From Geosiphon pyriformis uo1 (lineage: Eukaryota; Fungi; Glomeromycota), in contig JAAOMT010000710.1 in the NCBI GenBank assembly GCA_016748015.1, forward strand, positions 649,372 to 713,371: DNA of 64,000 bases. The letters are read 5' to 3'. The first letter of the stretch is position 1. Every line of letters starts with the position of its first letter. Position numbers and translations under genes: made by a program. Shown piece by piece: positions 1-12,597 of this stretch. Below the pieces are notes generated by a model that saw only the letters and a list, made by a program, of their open reading frames with translations, was not told where the DNA came from and ran no database searches.

Positions 1-764
1 TTCATGAGTTACTCCATTGAGTTTTCTATAATCCACACAAAAGCAGATTTTCCCATTTTTTTTCCAGACAAGTACTACTGGTAATGACTATGGGCTTATT
101 AATAGCTGAATTAGCCCATTATCAAGCATTTGGTTTATCTCTTGACGGATAATCTTGTAGCTAGCTGGTGGTACTCTGTATGCTTTTTGTTTAATTGGCA
201 TTGCATCTCCAGTCTTGATCTGATGCTGAATGATGTCAGTTCAGCCAAACTCGTTTTCACTGGCAAAAATGTCATTGAAATTGTTGAGCAACATCTTAAG
301 TTGCATATATTGGAGTGGATCTAAGTTTCCCATGTTCATTTGTTCCAATTGTTCTGGTTGGAGCAAATAACATTTGCTTCATCCATATATTGTTTGTGAT
401 GTGATATCAACATATCCACAAAGCTGTGAAAAATCCAGAATGGTGCTTGGTGGTTGATTCTCTATTTTAATGCTTAAGTATCCAATGGTGGTTTTGGCTG
501 GTATCACTATAACATTTCCTGTCTTATCATAGATAGGAATTTTGATATGGCTGTAATCTTTGGCTGTTATATAGAGATTGATGAGTCCAATCTCTCCTGA
601 TTTACAGAGAGTTGGTTCTGCTTCAAAAATCTGATTCTGTTCTTTTATCTTCCACTTTATCCCTATCATGTACTGGCCATATGGTGGAATAAAAATTGTT
701 TGACCTGTTGAGATAATTTCCCCTTGGTCAACAATTTTTGCTTCTGCCATATTGACTGGTATAT
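1..764 (-). pseudogene. Element B pol continuation (post-dUTPase beta-rich linker and start of RT), decayed
   Basis: Minus-strand translation gives IPVNMAEAKIVDQGEII...IKIPIYDKTGNVIVIPAKTTIGYL and, at 1-60, KNGKICFCVDYRKLNGVTH (Gypsy RT N-terminal motif). It joins in frame to 18519+ (GLTGKVD-VPVNM) once element A and one 4-bp TSD copy are removed. Confidence 0.9.
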
Positions 765-1728
765 TGTTACCAGACAAAATTAAAGATATTATTTAGCATG
801 AAATTATCTTATAATTCCTATCATTAATTAGCATATATTATTATTCCAAATGATCACTTATTACATTAGCAAAAAAAATGTCCAAAATTATCATTTAATT
901 AATAACTCAAATTGTACACAACACAAATGTAACCTAATTGCGATGATCAATCATGCAATACCCTGAACTATGTAACATTCAGAAGTTTGCCGAAATTTGT
1001 AGAAATTCACCAAAATAATTGATAGTTCACCAAAATAACTTGTAGTTTGCCAAAATGTATCTTTAGTTTAGCAAAATTGTAGAAAATAGCAAAGTTCAAG
1101 TTCATAGAATAGTGTTACAACAAGTTGTATAAAAGAAAAGCTTCTCTCTTCGAGAAAATGTATCTTACTTTAGATTTATTACTTAAAACCATTTCTACAC
1201 ACACAAAAAGAAATAAATACCAAATAATTTGAAAAACCAAATTCTTTAATTATTGCCCTTGGAAAATCCCCAAAACCCAACTAACATTTCGAAATTGATT
1301 AGCTACCAATTTCAGTAAAACTGTTAGTGACTCCAGGCCTGGATAAAAAAACGTTTTCCTTGATAAGATCCTATTTCTTTTACACTTCTTTTATTTTTTC
1401 TTTCTTTTCTTATTACAATCATTAAGGTAGCCTACAGACAAGATTTCTGTAGAAGAGTTGACTTTCACAGCAAAGTAACTACACATTTTTAGTGAGCTTC
1501 CAGACAAGCAATTCCTGGGAAAGAATTAACGTTTACTACAATGTAACTACATAAAGCAACTGGCACGGAATTGGCCATTCCACTTATAAGCCCAGCAGTT
1601 CAAATTATAGGAGATAATTTGAAGATAAATTCAGTTACTGGAGGTTCAACCACATCCAGAAAATGTGAATTCACAGCAAATAAGTATCAACAATATTACA
1701 GAAAAGAGACCAAAAACCTCCGGTAACA
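765..1728 (+). repeat. 5' LTR of element A (964 bp)
   Basis: TGTTACCAG...CGGTAACA terminal inverted repeat. About 96% identical to 17535-18518. TATAAAAG near 1128; ~20-bp tandem units at 982-1090. Confidence 0.96.
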
Positions 1729-1730
1729 TT

Positions 1731-1748
1731 TGGTGCTCTCCCACGGAA
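1731..1748 (+). promoter_or_regulatory. Primer binding site of A (TGGTGCTCTCCCACGG; tRNA identity uncertain)
   Basis: Starts with TGG two nt after the LTR CA; the 16th base is G, which would pair with invariant tRNA C61. Confidence 0.85.
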
Positions 1749-1773
1749 ATAACACAGCAAAAACAAATTCAAA

Positions 1774-4700
1774 GTGGCAATCACACCAGACGCAACAACT
1801 CTAGAGTATTACCAATTAATTTACATCCACTGCAAGCAAAGATTCAACATTCCAGACGGAATTAAAGTTGTCAAGAAATCAGTATAACAATACATTGAAA
1901 ACCACATCAACAATTATCTTTTTGGAAATTTTAATATCTCAGAAGTTAGAAGCAATCTTTACAATAATTTAGTACACTATTCACAGTTGGGAACTGAAGA
2001 CCTTAATAGTGAAACACTTGCCACTTACTTTCACAAACTTAATTTTAACATTATCAAATACTGTGAAGAAACATATCCAGTGCAGTCTCAATACACTATT
2101 GATTTTGAATCGGAAACAGAAACAAGCAACAAAGGCAAAAACAAATTAAAGCAATATTCAAAAACCACTCCAAATACTCCAACACTACCAAAAACAACTG
2201 CCAAACATTTACAAACACCTGAACAAGGAACCAGTTCAAAACTTCCACTTACTATCACACTTTTTCCAGCTTCGCTTGCATAAGCACAAACACCTAATTC
2301 ACCCTTGAATCAATTTACAAGACCAAAAGATTTTACATCACTCAGAAGTTCCACCAAACAACAAGAACCTCTTCAAACTAGTTCTAATCTCCTTGATTTT
2401 CTAGCTGAAAATCAAAGTGAACACTCTGAGACAGCAGCAAATGAAGAAAACAACTCTGAAATAACCAAAGAAGAATCAATAGACAGTGAAAATAAAGAAA
2501 ACAAAATGACAACATACATTGCAAAAATCCCTGAATTCAATGGAGAAGATATTGAGACCAGTCCTCAAGAATGACTCGACCAAGTTACTAAAGCTGGAGA
2601 TGCAAATGGATGGAATGCTGCCAGAATGTTAAGAACAATTCCCTACTTTCTCAAAGGAACAGCAGAAGAATGGTTTGAAAACCTTGCCGCCTCATTCAAT
2701 GATTGGAATGCTTTCAAAGCAGCCTTCCTTGAACAGTTCACTGACAATAATACCTCTATTACTCTTCACAATCGTTTTCGAAATATCAAACAAGAACCCT
2801 CTGAATCCGTTATGACTTATATTGGGAAATTCAACAAACTTCTCAGACGGATTCGCCAACTCGAGACAAACAATTATTATTCCAATGCTCAAATCTTGGA
2901 TCAATTTATTGCTGGTCTAAAAGATAAACTAATTAAAAAAGTTTGCCCACATGTGCCAGAAGATTTAAACTCTGCAATACAGCACGCGAAAAGATACGAA
3001 ATGGCCATAGAAGAAGCCAATCGTACAAAACTTGTAAATTTGGCAATTGGAGAAACCAGCTCAGCAGCTGAGGAAAAAATTGACCAATTCACAAAGAAGG
3101 TCGAAAACTATTTTACCAACCAACAACAACAACCCCAAAGATATCAATCACCCCAAAGACAAAATCAAAATAACTTTGCACCACTTTCCAATAACCAGCC
3201 CCAAAATTGCCATTACTGTGGAATCTTTGGCCACTGGAAAAGAGATTGCAGAAAGCTGCAACGAGACCAACAAAATAGGGGTAATCAACGTTACTCTCCA
3301 CCACAGCAATCTTATTATTAACCATTACCACCAGCTTACTATTCACCAAGACCCCAATACCAAAATAACTATTATCAGCCTGCCCTACAACCAATCCAAC
3401 AGCAATACCAATAACCACCCACACAACATTATCAAGTCCCTGCTTGAAGACTGATTACATAAAATCAATTCACACCACAAAACCGATACCAAGTAAACAA
3501 CAGTAGAATCAGTTCGAACAACCAATTGGTTCCCCGAAATACCACTCAATCAAGACCCAACCATTACCACACTCAACCCAGTTATTTAACAATGTTAGAA
3601 GAACAGGATTTTCACCATACTGTACTCTCAGAAGGTAGAGCTGCAGCACAACAACAACGAAACCCTTCTTATAACCACACCACTATTCCACCAGCCCGAA
3701 TTGCTGAAAACGCCAATCTCTCTGATATCTTTCCTTTTGAATTTGAAGCAAATAAATCACTATTCTTGCTTAGCAATACAGCGGCCAATGAGCAAAAAGC
3801 CATCACTGCAATGTACACAGAAGCTGAAGTAGAAGGAAAGCCAATTCGCTTGATCCTAGACAGTGGATCTGCTGGAAGCATTATTACCTACCAGTTAATG
3901 TAACAGTTGAAAAGAAATGTCGACCAACCAGCTCAAACAGTAATTGTCACTGTCGATGGCATAAAAAAGACACCAGTAGGAGAAATTGACAATTTTCCAT
4001 TCACTTTTGATAGAATCACCATTTCAGTTAAAGTTCTTGTAATGGACGCACCCCAGTACCAAGCTCTCGTCGGAAATGATTGGCTTCAAAAAGCCAATGC
4101 TAATCTGAATTGGGAAACACAAGAGTTAACAATCTCCTACCAAGGACAACACACCCGAGTACCTGCAATTTGTAGTACATTCAACAAATGCTCTGAAAAA
4201 GCCCCAGCTTTTGAATTTGAACCGGAAGAAGAAAAACCAATAATCAAAACATTCATGGCTCTTGGATCAACGTCCAACTGGGCCGATGAAACAGAACAAG
4301 AACATTTTACCACACACACTAAACCTGAAACCTCTGGATGAAATATATCTTACTCCAAACCTGAACCAAGAAAACAACGCCCCTATATTCCCCTTAAATG
4401 TAAGGACTGCTACAAAAAACTATTGTCAATGGGAGCCTGCATTTCACCTGAAGAAGAATATGAGAATCATACTTGTTATTACTGCAAGGCCTGTCACAGA
4501 GAGCGATAGGGCCACCTAATAAAAAGGAGCAGAAAATAGGACAACACTGCTTGTTTGACTTGTGGAGATATGCTACCGAAAGAATGCAATTGGATTAATG
4601 TAGCAATGAGAGGAGGCATCTACAATCAGATCTGCCAATATGCCTTATCAATTTCAGAAAAAGTAAAAAGAGGAACACCCTTTAATGCAGCATACAACAG

Positions 4701-5117
4701 TGCTTTCAACAAACTTTATCACTACCCTCATGATGCCAAGATGATTTTCGACTTAGCAATGGCATTAATTAATGGAGCTACCAAAGAAGATGTTCATCAA
4801 ATGAAGGAAGCAGAATACATTGAATACACTATGGAATTAGCTGGATTCGATTACGAAGATGAAGTAGAAGTCTATCACCAAATTGCAAGTCACACCTATC
4901 CAACCCAAGAAGGTCAAATTCAACAATTAGAGCAAATGAACATTAGGCTATATGAAGAATGCATTATGTCTTGTGATGAACAATAATGTCCTGAATGCTA
5001 TGCTCTTAGTATCCCCTTGCCCAGCGAAAATGATGAGAATGAAATTGAATTTGGAGAACCTGAAGAAATGGAAAAAATTGAAACAACTCCCATCTACCTT
5101 ATTGAAAATCAGCCTGC
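1774..5117 (+). pseudogene. Element A gag-pol part 1: N-terminal extension, capsid, CCHC knuckle, aspartic protease, Cys-rich domain
   Basis: ORF fragments 1987, 2305, 2626, 3526, 3907 and 4555 share one frame broken only by point stops. Motifs: YIAKIPEFNG, CHYCGIFGHWKRDC, LILDSGSAGS, ALVGNDW, YPHD. Confidence 0.93.
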
Positions 5118-5916
5118 TGTTACAGTTTAAGAATTTAGCAAAAAGAATCATAAAAATAATACAAACTATTCAATCATAATATAGCACAGTAATAATCTTA
5201 GAAAGGTAATGATTAACATAGTAGCAAACACCATCTCGCGATAGTGGCAAGCACCAGTTCACAATAGCAGCCAACACCAACTGGTGATAGCAGCAAGCAC
5301 CAGGTTGAAATATCAAAAAGAAAGTATTTTCTCGTAGAACTACAAACATGTATATATACAGTAGTTTTAATATTGGGAAAGGATAAATCAAGTAATAAAA
5401 ATCATAACTTATCAAGCAATAGATCCAATTTTATCCAACAAACTCCACTTTAAATCATACTTTCAAATTAAATATCCCAAGAAACCTTTAAAATCAAAAA
5501 GAAATGAAAAAGAATATTTAAAACTGAACTATTACAACCCAAAGTATTAAGAAACCTACTTGTATTATTTATTGAATGAAACTATCATTCATCAACTGAA
5601 TCTCTTGGAAGAATAATCCTTGATCAAGATTATTCACGTTGTTACTAATTGATAAAAGCTTTATTGTGAGAATTAGAAAAGCGCTAAAGACCATTNNNNN
5701 NNNNNNNNNNNNNNNNNNNNNNNNNNNNNNNNNNNNNNNNNNNNNNNNNNNNNNNNNNNNNNNNNNNNNNNNNNNNNNNNNNNNNNNNNNNNNNNNNNNN
5801 NNNNNNNNNNNNNNNNNNNNNNNNNNNNNNNNNNNNNNNNNNNNNNNNNNNNNNNNNNNNNNNNNNNNNNNNNNNNNNNNNNNNNNNNNNNNNNNNNNNN
5901 NNNNNNNNNNNTAACA
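5118..5916 (+). repeat. 5' LTR of element C (partly in assembly gap)
   Basis: TGTTACA start, TAACA end before the PBS; overlaps the 3' LTR sequence at 12598-12978. Confidence 0.9.
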
Positions 5917-5918
5917 TT

Positions 5919-5936
5919 TGGTGAACCCTACGAGAA
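5919..5936 (+). promoter_or_regulatory. Primer binding site of C (TGGTGAACCCTACGAG, tRNA-Trp-like)
   Basis: TGG two nt after the LTR end. The complement CTCGTAGGGTTCACCA resembles eukaryotic tRNA-Trp 3' ends (recalled, not searched). Confidence 0.8.
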
Positions 5937-5998
5937 AAGAAAATCAAAAAGGAAATAATAATTAGCAATAATTCATTGCTAAAAAGGAAAAGACAAAA

Positions 5999-8900
5999 GT
6001 GGCAACAAAAACCCCTAATCTTACTGTTCTTGAATTCTGCCGTGCTATTTACACACAAAATCAAAGTGATCTTGGATTACCAGAAGGGTGTTGTCCAGCA
6101 GAATCTGCTCTCACTTATTATATCAACGCCAGAATAAATTATCATATAGGAAAGGAAGAAGAACCACACGACGCAAAACTTGGATTGTATAGAGAATTAT
6201 CACAATACACTACAAAAGAAGTAGCAGTAATAGCCGCAACTATTGTCAAAATCCATCGAGAAATTGAGCAATACGCCAACGAAAATTTTCCAATATCCAC
6301 AGGAAACACTAGGGAACGCGCCAACAAAACCAAAGAAAATTTAGAAACTAATCAGGAAAGTAACCAGCAAAAACTAGAAACACCAGCTCAAACGCCAAAG
6401 AAAACTGTCACTCAATCAATAAAAAAACAACGTATTTATTCACCAGAAGATAAATCATACCATTTTTCACCAGAAAATAAGATACAAATTCCATTAGGAG
6501 CTGCATCATCATCAACATCAACTCCACAAATGCCAAGAACTCCTAGTTATATTGATAAAATTAAACAACGTAACTGGGGAGACATACCAATTACAGAAGG
6601 ATATTCATCACTATTCCAAAACCCTCTTTTTCAGCCAAAATTTAGAACGGAGTTTGAAAACCGTGAAGAGGAGTCTGAATCAGAATCTGAAAAAGAGACC
6701 AGCGAAAAAACAATCACAAGACCAGTCACTGGAACAAGCAGCCAGTCCAGAAACCAAGAAACTGGTGATCAAGAGGAAGAACCGGATATAAGGGAAGCCA
6801 CCTTTAGGAACGCTCAAAGAAATATCATCCCACCTCCTCTTAGACCAATAAACCCACCAGCAGAAAACGGCAACGAAATGACCACACCATACATTGCAAG
6901 ACTAACAGATTTCTCAGGAGAAGAAGAAGAAACGGACGTGCACACATGGCTCAAAGAAGCACAAAAAGCCATCCAGGCAAATAACTGGAATGACCAAAGA
7001 GCAATTCAAACATTACCTTTTTTCTTGAAAGGCACAGCCGACTCGTGGTATCAAAGCCTGGAAACAAAATCCACGAGCTTCGCCAAATTTAAAAATGCAC
7101 TCCTGGAGTATTTTAGTGACCCAAACGCCGTAATTCAACTACAGAACGAATTCAATACTATCAAGCAAAATACCGGTGAAACTGTCACCCAATACCTTGC
7201 TCGATTCAATCGAATTCGCCATCAGATTGAAGCGATTGAACAAGGATACTATACTGATCCTCAGGTTTTAAATCAGTTTATTAGAGGATTAAAAAGCAGC
7301 ATTTTAGGAAGAGTACGCCCTGCTCACCCTAATTCCTTACCAGAAGCCGTTACGCTCGCCAGAGCCCTTGAATCGGCTGAGAAAGAAGCTAACCATAGTC
7401 AAATGGTTAACATGGTAATGGAGGAAAATAAGACAGAAACATTAGAGAAAACAGTAACGTGATTAGGGGAGGAACTTTCTAAGAAAATAGAAAGTTACCT
7501 CATCCCGGATCCGAGAAAAAATACATACCAACCACCCCAAAGACGCAGCCAGGAAGTCAGCGACAGTCAAAATAATCACTTGTTGCGCCAGGAATTCAGA
7601 ACAGAAACATGCGCCTGCCATTTTTGCAAATGCATAGGACATTTGATTAGTCAATGTCGAACGCGAATGATGCAGGAAGCACGCGAAAATAATTACTACG
7701 CGCCACCCCAAATGCCCAGAAACCAGTACACGCCAATACCACGCCAATATCCCACCACGTATCAAAATCAAGGAGCTTACCAGCAACAGCCCATGATAGC
7801 CAACCCGAATTGGCGTCCCGAGGCCCAAAATCAGCCCATGTGGAACCAGAACGCGTTGGTCCAGAGGAATCCAAACCGCGCTGGAACCAATCAGCAAACC
7901 AATCCAAACTACCAAAATTATCAACAAACTTACCTTAATATACCGGAAAACCTGATCATCGGAAACAATAACAGTAGAAACATAAACAGAACCAAGAATT
8001 CCTCCAAATTGAGCCAGACAATACCACCAGCAGTTGCCACTGAAGATAGCAGCCTCGCAGCTATTTTTCCTTTTGAATTAGAGGAAAACGAGACTATGTT
8101 CAGTGGAGCAGCATTGGACGAAAAACGCCCAATCACTGCTATGTATACAGAAGCCACTGTAAACAATACTCCAATCAAACTTATCTTAGACAGCGGATCC
8201 GCTGGAAGCATCGTAATGCTTCAACTAGTAAACCAACTGGGTTTCAAAGTTGATCGTGCCGCGACGTCCCAAATCATAACAGCCGATAGAAGTACAAAGC
8301 TGCCTTATGGCAAAATCAACTCATTCCCTTTCAAAATTAACGGCATAGTAATACCTACAAAAGTATTAGTAATGGACGCTACACAATATCAAGTGTTAGT
8401 AGGGAATGACTGGCTAACAAAAGCCAACACCACCCTAGACTGGACCACCCAAGAGCTTCTGATCAATTATAATGGCCACCAGGCCAAAATTCCAGCCATC
8501 TGTGGCCACTTCCAAAAACCCAGCGCCAACCAAAGACCTACCTTCGAATTTGAGGAAAATCCAGCACTACCAGCCATCGAAACCTATCAGCTTTCTTGGG
8601 CTGATAACCAAAGAACAGGACTACCAGCCATACCAACATGGACCAGCAAAGAAAGATCTGAATGGAACCAGGTAAGTTCACGAAGAAACCACCAGCAACG
8701 CAGACCAAAGCTAGAATGCTCGGTTTGCAAGAAGAAACTCTCATCTATGACTGCATGCAGCACACCAGACGAAGACCCAAGAAACCCCACCCATTATTAT
8801 TGTAACCATTATAACAAAGAAAAATATGGTTACCCAGAAAGACACGGAAAATGGGACGAGGAACTGTGCCTCACTTGTGGAGAACCGTTACCAAGAGGGT

Positions 8901-11900
8901 GCGACTGGAACGACTTACCAGGCAGAGGAAGAACGTGTGACGCAACTTGCCAATACACGATCCTCATCTGTGACTGGATAAGAGGAGGAATGCCGTTCGA
9001 AGCAGTGTTCAACAGAGCGTTAAAAAGACTACAGCACTACCCACACGACGAGAACGAGTTGTACAACACTGCACAAGCCAAAGTAAGAGGAGGAACCGCC
9101 GAAGAAATATGACGTTGGAAAGAGTCAGCCAAAGTAGCCGATGAAGTCGCCAGCTACAACATGTTCGACCCAGTAGACAAATTCCAGGACTACTACCAAC
9201 AACTATGCCCCACTCGACAAGAGCAAGAACAATATCTCACCCAAATCAACACTTACCTCTGCGAAAACTGTCTCATCCCGTGCCAAAGTCAGTGCTGTGA
9301 AGAGTGTCAAGACGAAAGGGACTTAGAAAGAAAAATGGAAATTGAGAATCAGCAGTCTCAAAATCAATCAATAAATCAACAAGACTCACCTGACAGTCCC
9401 GAATCAGAAAAATTTGTAGCCTATACCGACCTAGAACAGGTAACCGACATCTGATACTTTGACAACAGGCACTTAGGAATAATACCCAAAAGAGCCCATC
9501 CAACCGATGTCGGATTTGATCTACATTATCCGGAAGACCAATCCACAACGTTACCACCCAGGAGCATCACCAAAATCAACCTAAAAATAGCGGTTGAAAT
9601 TCTGCCAGGAATAATGGTTCAAATGGCGTCGCGATCAAGCCTCGCGAAAAAAGGAATAAGCGTTCAAGGAGGAGTAATTGACTCCGGATACACAGGAAAT
9701 TTGATGGTTTTGCTACAGAACAATTCGGAAAAGCCTTATACCATTGAATCTAAGGAAAAGATTGCACAAGCAATTTTCCTACCATTGGTAAAAATTGGGA
9801 AATTCGTGCCAGTGGAAAATCGTGAGGAATTGTCACAAACAACGAGAGGAACTTTTGGTTTCGGATCGACAAGAAAAGGAATTGAAGCGAATTTCGCTGA
9901 AACAATAGAGGAAAAAGGCGAAGTAATTAAAAATGAGCAGTCCATCACGCTCCTACCATATGGAAATCAGAAATAAGAATAAAAAGAACAAGTAAAGAAA
10001 AAGACCTAATATTTGAGCCCTACCCAGAAACCTGCCAACAGTTTCTCATAGGACTTACTAACCTTTTTATTCCAGCTGATAAAGCTCAATGGATAAAAAT
10101 TCCTATCGCAAACACTACAGAAGAACCCGTCTACATTCCGGAAGATACCATCATGGGATACCTCGGAATGGAGCTAGAAAACGCGTCAACACCACAAGAA
10201 ATTCTAAATTTCCCAGAAATCGCCCTCTACTGTAAACTTACTTCAATAAATTGGCAACAACTGGTAGAATGCTATCAATTTATGCCAGAAGAATTGGCCA
10301 AATTAAACATTGGAACAATGGATCCTGACCAACAGCGACAATTAAAAGCATTAATTTTAAAATACTCTGATATATTTTCAAGAAATAGCGAATTTGGAAG
10401 AACCAACTTGGTTCAACACCAAATCCCCACTGGAGACGCCAGACCTGAAAAACAACGCGCTTACCGTGTCCCACCAATGGAGCATAATTTTATTAGAAAA
10501 GAAGTCCAAAGCATGTTGGAAAAAGGAATAATACAACTATCAATGAGCCCATGGTCCTCACCAGTTGTTTTAGTAAGGAAAAAGAACGGAAAAATTAGAT
10601 TTTGCGTCGACTATCGCAAACTAAACAGCAAAACAACCAAAGACTCATACCCAATACTGTTAATTGACGAAATCTTCAACATTTTTGGAGGAGCAAAATG
10701 GTTTTCTACACTGGACTTGACCAGTGGGTACTGGCAAGTGGAAATGAACCCAAAGGACAGACATAAAACAGCATTCACAACACAAAATGGCAATTATGAG
10801 TTCAATGTAATGCCATTTGGATTAACAAATGCTCCCACAACATTCCAAAGACTAATGGATGTAATTTACTCCAGAATCCTGTGGCAATCCGTTGTTGTCT
10901 ACTTGGATGATACAAATGTTTTCTCGTCAAAATTCACGGATCATCTCCAACATTTACAACAAGTTTTTGAAAGATTGAGACACGCTGGACTTAAACTAAA
11001 TCTAGAAAAATGTTTCTTTGGGAAAAATGAGCTAGCATTTTTAGGACACGTAGTTGGAAAAGATAGAATAAAACCAGATTCATCAAAAATAGACAAAGTG
11101 AAAAATTTTTCAGTACCTCAAAACATTTCAGAAGTTAGAAGCTTTTTAGGACTCGCATTTTACTACTACTGCTTTGTAGAAAATTTTTCAAACATCACCA
11201 AACCTCTTAATTACCTACTATCTAAAAATGTGAAGTTTGAATGAACTGAAGCACAACAAAAAGCTTTTAAGTATCTTAGACAAAAGCTCATTGAATTACC
11301 AANNNNNNNNNNNNNNNNNNNNCGCTGGACTTAAACTAAATCTAGAAAAATGTTTCTTTGGGAAAAATGAGCTAGCATTTTTAGGACACGTAGTTGGAAA
11401 AGATAGAATAAAACCAGATTCATCAAAAATAGACAAAGTGAAAAATTTTTCAGTACCTCAAAACATTTCAGAAGTTAGAAGCTTTTTAGGACTCGCATTT
11501 TACTACTACTGCTTTGTAGAAAATTTTTCAAACATCACCAAACCTCTTAATTACCTACTATCTAAAAATGTGAAGTTTGAATGAACTGAAGCACAACAAA
11601 AAGCTTTTAAGTATCTTAGACAAAAGCTCATTGAATTACCAATAATGATCTATCCGAATTTCAACAAGAAATTCATTTTGGCCACAGATGCCTCTGGAAC
11701 TGGACTTGGAGCCATTCTGTCACAAAAAGATAATAATGGAAGAGAACGTGTAATCGCTTATGCCGGCAGAAGTCTCAGTATGGCAGAACAAAACTATGCA
11801 GCACATGAACTTGAATGCTTAGCAGTAGTCTGGAGTTGTGTTCACTTTGACACATATTTATGGTACCAACCCTTTGAGATTATGACAGATCATAGAGGTC

Positions 11901-12046
11901 TGGTCTGGTTAAATAACAAGAAAGCACTAAAAGGAAAATACGCCAGATGGTCACAAACATTAGCACCATACGATTATATTATCAAATACAAAGAAGGTAC
12001 CAAAAATGCTAATGCCGACTGTTTGTCAAGAATGAGACACACATAA
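5999..12046 (+). pseudogene. Element C gag-pol: Gag, CCHC, protease, Cys-rich domain, dUTPase, RT, RNase H
   Basis: Motifs: CHFCKCIGHLISQC, LILDSGSAGS, GFDL/ASRSSLA/GVIDSGYTG/KIAQAIF/RGTFGFGST, FCVDYRKLN, LDLTSGYWQV, MPFGL, YLDD, TDASGTGLGAILSQ, NADCLSR. A few stops and one frameshift near 9965. Confidence 0.95.
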
Positions 12047-12597
12047 AAATCACCAACCCACCCGCCACAACAACAATGAACNNNNNNNNNNNNNNNNNNN
12101 NNNNNNNNNNNNNNNNNNNNNNNNNNNNNNNNNNNNNNNNNNNNNNNNNNNNNNNNNNNNNNNNNNNNNNNNNNNNNNNNNNNNNNNNNNNNNNNNNNNN
12201 NNNNNNNNNNNNNNNNNNNNNNNNNNNNNNNNNNNNNNNNNNNNNNNNNNNNNNNNNNNNNNNNNNNNNNNNNNNNNNNNNNNNNNNNNNNNNNNNNNNN
12301 NNNNNNNNNNNNNNNNNNNNNNNNNNNNNNNNNNNNNNNNNNNNNNNNNNNNNNNNNNNNNNNNNNNNNNNNNNNNNNNNNNNNNNNNNNNNNNNNNNNN
12401 NNNNNNNNNNNNNNNNNNNNNNNNNNNNNNNNNNNNNNNNNNNNNNNNNNNNNNNNNNNNNNNNNNNNNNNNNNNNNNNNNNNNNNNNNNNNNNNNNNNN
12501 NNNNNNNNNNNNNNNNNNNNNNNNNNNNNNNNNNNNNNNNNNNNNNNNNNNNNNNNNNNNNNNNNNNNNNNNNNNNNNNNNNNNNNNNNNNNNNNNN

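Noticed and set aside
5639-6064. ORFs with long X runs (also 12009-12695, 16950-17300)
   Set aside because: Artefacts of translating N gaps.
2692-8790. Many short antisense and alternative-frame ORFs over TEs and genes
   Set aside because: Shadows of the real frames caused by strand skew. The recurring MLPADPLS ORF is just the reverse of the protease DSGSAGS motif.
9440-9976. Host or endobacterial dut gene
   Set aside because: In frame within Pol at the same position in four elements.
10983-11642. Perfect 320-bp tandem duplication in element C RT
   Set aside because: Identical copies flank a 20-N gap, the typical signature of unmerged overlapping contig ends.
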